Source of the DNA: a virus
UHGV virus genome: UHGV-0328789
Strand: one strand, 5' to 3'
Length of the DNA: 5,526 bases
A program made the position numbers and the translations under genes. The notes under the pieces were generated by a model. That model had not been told where the DNA came from, did not search any database, and saw only the letters and a program-made list of their open reading frames with translations. Shown here piece by piece: positions 1-5,361 of the stretch; the stretch's first letter is position 1; each line of letters begins with the position of its first letter.

Positions 1-3
1 AAC

Positions 4-309
4 ATGGACAAGAAATTCAGAAATCAGATGCTGGCTGAAAACCAAAAAAGAGAGGAAGAACTCCAAAATGTAAACCTCGAAATCGAAGAAAGAGAAGTAT
101 CAGAAAGTGGCCCATTCGTACTGATCCACAACAAAAAAAACAAATGGGTAATCACAACATGCGGTGCACTCGTAAACGCGAAGGAGTTCGACACTAAAGA
201 GGATGCTGAAAAACATCTGGCTGAAAAACATTGGGAGGACATCCTAACCGCAGCACTCATATTCTTCTCACATGTGAATGACCAAATGAAAAACACCCAA
301 AAAGAATAA
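4..309 (+). CDS. Hypothetical protein of 101 aa, function unknown. It has an N-terminal charged coiled-coil-like segment and a C-terminal small beta-rich-looking segment (GPFVLIHNKKNKWVITTCGALVNAKEFDTKEDAEKHL).
   Basis: ATG-to-TAA ORF on the same strand as all the other genes. It ends 3 nt before the VP1 ATG (TAAactATG). If the window ends are joined, its ATG sits 1 nt after the TAA of the last gene (TAAcATG), which is the same tight spacing seen elsewhere in this genome. It shares the A-ending and C-ending codon preference of the confident genes. I do not recognise a homologue. Confidence 0.5.
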   Translation: MDKKFRNQMLAENQKREEELQNVNLEIEEREVSESGPFVLIHNKKNKWVITTCGALVNAKEFDTKEDAEKHLAEKHWEDILTAALIFFSHVNDQMKNTQKE

Positions 310-312
310 ACT

Positions 313-2358
313 ATGAAAAAAACATTAGGAGGAGAAAGACTCCGAAGCGAAAGCAAAATGGAAGTATATCTGCCTAATTTCGGTAGATCATCTCACAACA
401 TAGGAAAAATAATCCGAACATCACAAGCGTGCGGAACAATCGTGCCCTATTGGTGTCAAATAGGTTTGGATGGCACAACATTCTACATCGACATCACGAC
501 AAAAGTAAAAACTCTGCCAACAACCGGGCCTGTATTCGGAAGTTTCAAACATCAGATCGATGTATTCGTAATTCCGATCAGACTCTACATAGCAGCATTG
601 CATAATAATGCTCTGGGGGTAGGGCTAAACATGAGCAAGGTGCTGCTGCCGCAATTCCAAGTCTACTCCGCTAACACATCAATCTATCAAAATGATACCA
701 ACAGAGGACAAGTCAATCCAAGCTCACTGATCTCATACTTAGGAATAAAAGGATTCGGATACTCTGAAGTCAATCAATACCTTCGACGATTTCCCGCGAT
801 ATTCAATCTGGCATACTGGGATATATTCAAAAACTACTACGCCAACAAGCAAGAAGAAAACGCATACGTAATCACCGGAACAGACCATATTTGGAAGAAA
901 CTAAGTGCAGGAGATGGAATTGCTTGGAATAGAGTGTGGACAAACAACTTAAGTGAAACATACCCACTCAATCCGACAAGTCAAGCACCTAGCATCATCA
1001 AGCTGGAATTCGAGGAAAAAATATCACCTGAGGAAGTCAATGAAATCCAGTTCTTAACGAATGATCCGGAAAGACCTACACAAAAAGTCAACAAACTAAC
1101 AAAACTCGGAGACACCTTTATATTCGAACGAACAGATCCGGATGCGATAGGAATCAAAAAACCAGACAACCCGAAAAAGGCGACCAATATTTACGTGTAC
1201 CTAGTCAAAAAACCAATCAAAATTGCATACAATGAAGACAAAACAGGGAATATCCATTTAACAATGCCGGACAACCAAAAAATCAAATTAACATCGTTTC
1301 CATTAAAAAACATCGACGATGAACGAACCGCAATCCTAGCAGCACCCAGCACCTCGGCATATATAGTAAGCAATGAAAAAATGCCGTACGGAGCCGCAAC
1401 AAAAACCTTGGATCTGCCAAACTACGACCGCAAGAAAGTATATCACAGCTCAGACGCATGGTATTCACAAGCAGGGTTAGCAGTAAAAACATACCTTAGC
1501 GACAGATTCAACAACTGGCTGAATACCGAATGGATCGACGGAACAACAGGCGGAATCAATGCAATCACAGCTGTAGATGTAAGCGACGGCAGGCTCACTA
1601 TGGACGCCCTGATTCTTCAGAAAAAAATATTCAACATGCTCAACCGCGTAGCCATTACAGACGGCACTTACCAGGCATGGAGAGAAGCGACATATGGAAT
1701 CAGAAGCGCAACACTGCCCGAATCTCCTATCTTCTGCGGCGGAATGCAGAGTGAAATCGCATTTGATGAAATCGTATCAAACTCAGCAACAGACGAGGAA
1801 CCACTGGGAACACTTGCCGGACGAGGAGTTGCAACTATGTACAAGTCCGGAAGGGGATTGAAAATCAAATGCACAGAACCGAGCATGATCATGGCACTGG
1901 GATCGATCACACCTCGAGTTGATTATAGCCAAGGAAACAAATGGTGGACAAGATTGCAAAACATGGATGACTTCCACAAGCCAACATTAGACGCAATTGG
2001 ATTCCAGGAACTAATCACAGAAGAAATGGCCGCGTGGAATACAGAGACCACTGAAAACTATAAACACGTATATCAGTCATTAGGAAAACAACCGTCATGG
2101 ATCGAATACACAACAGACGTAAACGAAACATACGGCGAATTTGCCGCAGGAATGCCGTTAGCATTTATGTGCTTAAACAGAGTATACGAAGAAAACTCAG
2201 ATCACTCAATTGGTAACGCATCAACTTACATTGATCCTACGATATACAACAACATATTCGCAGAGTCAAGACTGAGTTCGCAAAACTTCTGGGTACAGGT
2301 GGCATTCGATGTAACAGCACGCCGAGTAATGTCAGCAAAACAAATTCCAAATTTATAA
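313..2358 (+). CDS. VP1: Major capsid protein VP1 (phiX174 F-like jelly-roll capsid protein), 681 aa.
   Basis: It is the largest ORF. The N-terminal region (...GRSSHNIGKIIRTS...IVPYWCQIGLDGTTFYIDITTKVKTLPT...FKHQIDVFVIPIRLY) follows the pattern conserved in Microviridae F/VP1 N-termini (compare phiX F ...HDLSH...PVIAGDSF...DIFTFYVPHRHVY). The length fits the long Alpavirinae-type VP1. Start ambiguity: the ATG at 313 and the ATG at 358 (MEVYLPNFGRSSH...) are both possible. It ends in TAA. Confidence 0.9.
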   Translation: MKKTLGGERLRSESKMEVYLPNFGRSSHNIGKIIRTSQACGTIVPYWCQIGLDGTTFYIDITTKVKTLPTTGPVFGSFKHQIDVFVIPIRLYIAALHNNALGVGLNMSKVLLPQFQVYSANTSIYQNDTNRGQVNPSSLISYLGIKGFGYSEVNQYLRRFPAIFNLAYWDIFKNYYANKQEENAYVITGTDHIWKKLSAGDGIAWNRVWTNNLSETYPLNPTSQAPSIIKLEFEEKISPEEVNEIQFLTNDPERPTQKVNKLTKLGDTFIFERTDPDAIGIKKPDNPKKATNIYVYLVKKPIKIAYNEDKTGNIHLTMPDNQKIKLTSFPLKNIDDERTAILAAPSTSAYIVSNEKMPYGAATKTLDLPNYDRKKVYHSSDAWYSQAGLAVKTYLSDRFNNWLNTEWIDGTTGGINAITAVDVSDGRLTMDALILQKKIFNMLNRVAITDGTYQAWREATYGIRSATLPESPIFCGGMQSEIAFDEIVSNSATDEEPLGTLAGRGVATMYKSGRGLKIKCTEPSMIMALGSITPRVDYSQGNKWWTRLQNMDDFHKPTLDAIGFQELITEEMAAWNTETTENYKHVYQSLGKQPSWIEYTTDVNETYGEFAAGMPLAFMCLNRVYEENSDHSIGNASTYIDPTIYNNIFAESRLSSQNFWVQVAFDVTARRVMSAKQIPNL

Positions 2359-2362
2359 CACC

Positions 2363-2686
2363 ATGAAAAAAACAATAAGTAGAAGAGGATGTATTAACAA
2401 TCCAAACCTCGCATACCAAGCAGAACCAAGGGAGGAAAAACTAAGGAAAATAATCAGCGGAGAATCCAGCAGCATGGAAGACGGAGTATTCCCAACAATC
2501 TACACAGAAAAAAAAGACGGTGTACTGCCAGAATACGACATCCGCACAGACCGCTTTGAGGTGGCGATAGATGCAATCGACAAAATCAACCAAAGCATGG
2601 CAAACCAAATCGCAAAAAACAAGGGTGAAACTGAAGCCGTAAAAGATTTCGGAACAGAAGTAAAAACCGATTCCGAAAAAAGCTAA
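2363..2686 (+). CDS. Small virion-associated protein of 107 aa, possibly the internal scaffolding (VP3-like) protein. The function is inferred from size and position only.
   Basis: ATG-to-TAA ORF starting 4 nt after the VP1 stop. It is near neutral to slightly acidic, with a DIRTDRFE segment that I think resembles motifs in microvirus scaffold proteins, though I cannot verify this without a search. Its first 12 nt (ATGAAAAAAACA) are identical to the VP1 start. Confidence 0.5.
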   Translation: MKKTISRRGCINNPNLAYQAEPREEKLRKIISGESSSMEDGVFPTIYTEKKDGVLPEYDIRTDRFEVAIDAIDKINQSMANQIAKNKGETEAVKDFGTEVKTDSEKS

Positions 2687-2715
2687 AGCAGCCGTATAAA
2701 GTTCTACCAAAACTC

Positions 2716-2747
2716 AAAGAGGGGGGATATTCCGCCCCCCCTCTTTT
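2716..2747. terminator. Perfect 11-bp GC-rich stem-loop (AAAGAGGGGGG / CCCCCCTCTTT, 9-nt loop ATATTCCGC) followed by a T-run. Candidate intrinsic terminator downstream of the VP1/VP3-like genes, or an ssDNA origin or priming structure.
   Basis: Positions 2716-2726 pair perfectly with 2736-2746. The stem has A3 on the 5' side and T4 on the 3' side, so it would look like a terminator on either strand. It lies in the only intergenic region longer than 40 bp in the genome. Confidence 0.45.
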
Positions 2748-2759
2748 AACCCTCGCAAA

Positions 2760-2841
2760 TGCGTGTGACACAGAGCGGTAGACGTTTATACATATATAAC
2801 AAGAACATAAGGTATAAATTCTTTTTTAAAAAAGAACGAAA
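2760..2841 (+). promoter_or_regulatory. AT-rich putative promoter or leader upstream of VP2. A sigma70-like GTGACA-N17-TATACA sits at 2764-2792, and there are TATA-rich elements.
   Basis: The only candidate seen is a weak hexamer pair with 17-nt spacing, plus a 9-bp palindrome TGTGACACA (2764-2772) and a direct repeat GTATAAA(G)TTC at 2693-2703 and 2812-2821 flanking the hairpin. The host sigma factor is unknown. No Bacteroidetes-type TAnnTTTG element is seen. Confidence 0.25.
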
Positions 2842-4050
2842 ATGAACTTCGAAGATCTACTGAAATTACTCGAAAAAGGAGAAGGTATTGCGAACCCTCT
2901 CGCTGGAGCCATAGGCAGCGCTTCAGGAATCCTCAATATGCTGGGCATAGGCAGGAGGAAACAGATAAGGCAGCAGAAAGAGATGGCAGAAAACGCAGCT
3001 AAAATAAATTACAAATACGGAGAGATGGCAGCGGAGAATGCATTCGAAAGGCAGCAGGTGTTATACAACAGAACCTACCAGGACCAAAGCTATGCCAACC
3101 AAGTCGCACAAATGGATGCAGCGGGATTATCTCCCGGCCTAATGTACGCCAAAGGAGGCGCTGGAGGCGGAGGAGCCGGATCAACAACAGGTGCTCCAAT
3201 GGGTGCAACAGGAGCGACCGGTGCAGGTGCAGCTGCCGATCCCAATGCGCAACTGCAGGCATTGATGTCGCTGCGACAGGTGCGAATGAATGAACGAAAG
3301 AATGAAGCTGAGATAAACCTGCTCAACACTCAAGCAAAAGCACTCGAAGCTGAAGCAGGCAAAAACAGAGAAGAAACCACGTCAATAATCGAAAAAAGAA
3401 TCTGGCAGGTAAAGCAGGAAATGTTCGAAGGCTGGAAGGGCTTTATCGACACGGCAAACCAACTATGGGACCAGATGGTGAAATGGCAGCCTACAGAGAA
3501 AACGACAATCGACGGCAAGGAAATCGAAATACCGAAATACTTTGAGATAGAGGATGACAAATTTGGCAAGATCATATTCGGAGAAGAGTCATTCCAGGGA
3601 GGCATGATGGCAGCTGAAAAACAAATCCTCGAAGGAACCGCGGCAATCAAAACTCTGGAAAGCATATATGCAGACAAAAAACTATCCGCAGAAATCAAAA
3701 AAATAAACGCAGACGCATGCAGTGGAATGGCCCAGGCGGCATATTATTACGCAGCAGGCAAAACCCAGGAAGCAGAAGCAAAAATGCTCGAAGTAAAAAA
3801 GAGAACCGAAGAAGCAACCGCAGATCTGCGGGAACTCCAATACTGGACCGAAATAGCAAACACAATCATCAAACTGGGGCAAGCGGTAGGAAATTTGGTA
3901 ATTGGAGGAAAAACAGGAAAAGTGATCAGAGAATACACAGAAAAAAGGATGAACGAAACTCCCCCCATGAACTCAACAATAGTAACGCAGCACTATGACG
4001 GAGAAATGAAATTTAAGGGAATGGACAAGAGTGCAACAACAAAATGGTAG
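2842..4050 (+). CDS. VP2: Minor capsid / DNA pilot protein VP2 (phiX174 H-like), 402 aa.
   Basis: The architecture is typical of microvirus pilot proteins. There is an N-terminal Gly/Ala-rich hydrophobic segment (GIANPLAGAIGSASGILNMLGIG), an internal Gly/Ala/Thr low-complexity tract, and a long Glu/Lys/Ala-rich coiled-coil-like region (NERKNEAEINLLNTQAKALEAEAGKNREE...). It is the second largest ORF and sits after VP1, as in gokusho-like and alpavirus-like genomes. It ends in a TAG-TAA double stop. Confidence 0.75.
   Translation: MNFEDLLKLLEKGEGIANPLAGAIGSASGILNMLGIGRRKQIRQQKEMAENAAKINYKYGEMAAENAFERQQVLYNRTYQDQSYANQVAQMDAAGLSPGLMYAKGGAGGGGAGSTTGAPMGATGATGAGAAADPNAQLQALMSLRQVRMNERKNEAEINLLNTQAKALEAEAGKNREETTSIIEKRIWQVKQEMFEGWKGFIDTANQLWDQMVKWQPTEKTTIDGKEIEIPKYFEIEDDKFGKIIFGEESFQGGMMAAEKQILEGTAAIKTLESIYADKKLSAEIKKINADACSGMAQAAYYYAAGKTQEAEAKMLEVKKRTEEATADLRELQYWTEIANTIIKLGQAVGNLVIGGKTGKVIREYTEKRMNETPPMNSTIVTQHYDGEMKFKGMDKSATTKW
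3154..3237 (+). repeat. Low-complexity Gly/Ala/Thr-coding tract inside VP2 (GGAGGGGAGSTTGAPMGATGATGAGAAA), with reiterated GGTGC / GGAGG(C) units.
   Basis: Visible directly in the sequence as ggaggcgctggaggcggaggagccgga...ggtgctccaatgggtgcaacaggagcgaccggtgcaggtgcagct. It is locally GC-rich relative to the A-rich genome. The antisense ORF 3090..3329 is just its Pro/Ala-rich mirror image. Confidence 0.6.
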
Positions 4051-4089
4051 TAAAAATGATTTTAAAGGGGTAAAAACCGATTTAAAACA

Positions 4090-5361
4090 ATGTGCCTATA
4101 TCCAAGTATCATCGAGAATCCAAAATACGCCAAATCGAACGAAAACAGCAAAGGAGTAAAAGACCGCCGTCTAAGGTGGATACAAATTCCATGCGGACAC
4201 TGCGAAGAATGCAGGCGCGCAAAAGCAAATGAATGGAGAGTAAGATTAATGGAAGAAATAAAATCTAATTCAAAAAACATTATATTTGCAACGCTGACAT
4301 TCTCCGAAGAAAGCCTAAAAAAATTAGAATATGACGAAAAAGAACCAAACAAAGCACCTCAAAAAGCAATCAGCCTATTCAGAAAACGATGGTGGAAAAA
4401 GTACAAAAAACCACTTAAACACTGGCTAATCACAGAACTGGGACATGACAATACCAAAAGAATACATCTGCACGGCCTCATATGGACAGAGCTAACAGAG
4501 GAGCAATTCGAAAAAGAATGGGGGTACGGCTGAATATTCTTCGGTTATAAAGTAAGTGAAAGAACAATAAACTACATCGTAAAATATGTAACAAAGAGAG
4601 ACGAAGCTAATCCTGAGTTCGACGGAAAAATATTCACTTCAAAAAAAATCGGAATAAATTACATAAACAAAAACACACTCAGAAGACACAGATATCAAGA
4701 CAAATTCACAGAAGAAACGTATAAAACAGAATCCGGAATAAAAATCGCATTACCAATATATTACAAACAAAAAATATGGACGGATCAGGAACGCGAAGCC
4801 CTCCGAATTATAAAGGAGGAGAAGCAAACAAAGTACTACAACAAAACTCCTATCAAAGTAGAAACAATAGAACAGTACAGGGAATATGTAAACGCAGTAA
4901 AATACTGGCAATCAATCAAAAAATATGACGGAAAGAGAAAAGAAGGAAATATGCAGAGGGTATGCAGACCTACTCATAAAAAAACAACAACTAACTCACG
5001 AACTATGGAAAACAGAATTTGGAATCAAGAAGTTGGAAGAGATATTAACACGAAACAAAATAATGATGCCAACAGAGGAGGAAGAGCCATCGGAGACAGA
5101 AGTAACAATCTTGTGAAACTAATCGGCGCCGAAAGAGTATCTCAACGAAACTTCAAATACGAAGGAACATACTACATAACAGAAGATGGAGAAATATACA
5201 GTAAAGAATACGTAGAAACTCAAAAAACACAAAGAACCGGCGTCAGCTTCTACGAAATAGCTGACTGGTTATACAACGAGAGCAAGCAAATGTACGAACC
5301 TACTATCAGAAGAATAGTAATAATCAAAATCACAAACACTCAATTATCACTAAACCTATGA
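4090..5361 (+). CDS. VP4: Rolling-circle replication initiation protein VP4 (phiX174 gene A superfamily I Rep). The frame is open for 423 codons and is interrupted by one in-frame TGA at codon 148.
   Basis: It has a CGHCEEC Cys/His cluster (4192-4212). Motif I FATLTF is at 4285-4302, motif II HLHGLIW (HuH) is at 4465-4485, and motif III YIVKYVTK with paired catalytic Tyr is at 4573-4596 (phiX A has YVAKYVNK). Motifs I and II lie before the TGA at 4531-4533 and motif III lies after it, in the same frame. There is no ATG in that frame between 4534 and 4950. The gene ends with TGA at 5359-5361, overlapping the ATG of the next ORF (ATGA). Confidence 0.85.
4531..4533 (+). other. In-frame TGA inside Rep (context GGC TGA ATA; protein ...EKEWGYG*IFFGYKVSERTINYIVKYVTK...).
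   Basis: Read directly from the sequence. Frame 1 is continuous from 4090 to 5361 apart from this codon. The other five genes terminate with TAA or TAG only. Confidence 0.9.
4925..5116 (+). CDS. Candidate overprinted ORF of 63 aa in the +1 frame relative to the Rep 3' region (MTEREKKEICRGYADLLIKKQQLTHELWKTEFGIKKLEEILTRNKIMMPTEEEEPSETEVTIL).
   Basis: It has an ATG start, and the frame is open from 4901. It uses A-ending codons like the bona fide genes and has very few T-ending codons. Over the same nucleotides the Rep frame translates to a low-complexity N/R/T/K-rich stretch. This is weak evidence, because any frame of an A-rich sequence gives K/E/R-rich peptides. Confidence 0.2.
   Translation: MTEREKKEICRGYADLLIKKQQLTHELWKTEFGIKKLEEILTRNKIMMPTEEEEPSETEVTIL

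Noticed and set aside
338-346. TAGGAGGAG Shine-Dalgarno-like sequence upstream of the internal ATG at 358.
   Set aside because: The spacing to the ATG is about 14 nt, which is too long. The motif lies within the coding sequence if 313 is the start, and no other gene in the genome uses an SD. It is kept only as a note on VP1 start ambiguity.
24-356. Minus-strand 110-aa ORF antisense to the first gene. The other minus-strand ORFs at 421-603, 981-1492, 1668-1977, 2237-2771, 3330-3882 and 4062-4352 are of the same kind.
   Set aside because: They all lie antisense to high-confidence + strand genes of a unidirectionally transcribed microvirus. They are Ser/Phe/Leu/Cys-rich mirror translations of A-rich codons, with no start context or independent support.
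1530-1754. Basic 74-aa + strand ORF inside VP1 in an alternative frame.
   Set aside because: Its R/N/K richness is what a shifted frame of purine-rich codons produces. It has no conserved-looking features, and VP1 is under strong structural constraint throughout this region.
3090-3329. Minus-strand Pro/Ala-rich ORF (PAPVAPVAPIGAPVVDPAPPPPAPP).
   Set aside because: It is simply the reverse complement of the Gly/Ala-rich tract of VP2.
4051-4089. GATTTTAAA / GATTTAAAA near-repeat between VP2 and Rep, considered as iterons.
   Set aside because: There are only two imperfect copies in a 39-bp AT-rich spacer, which is indistinguishable from chance.
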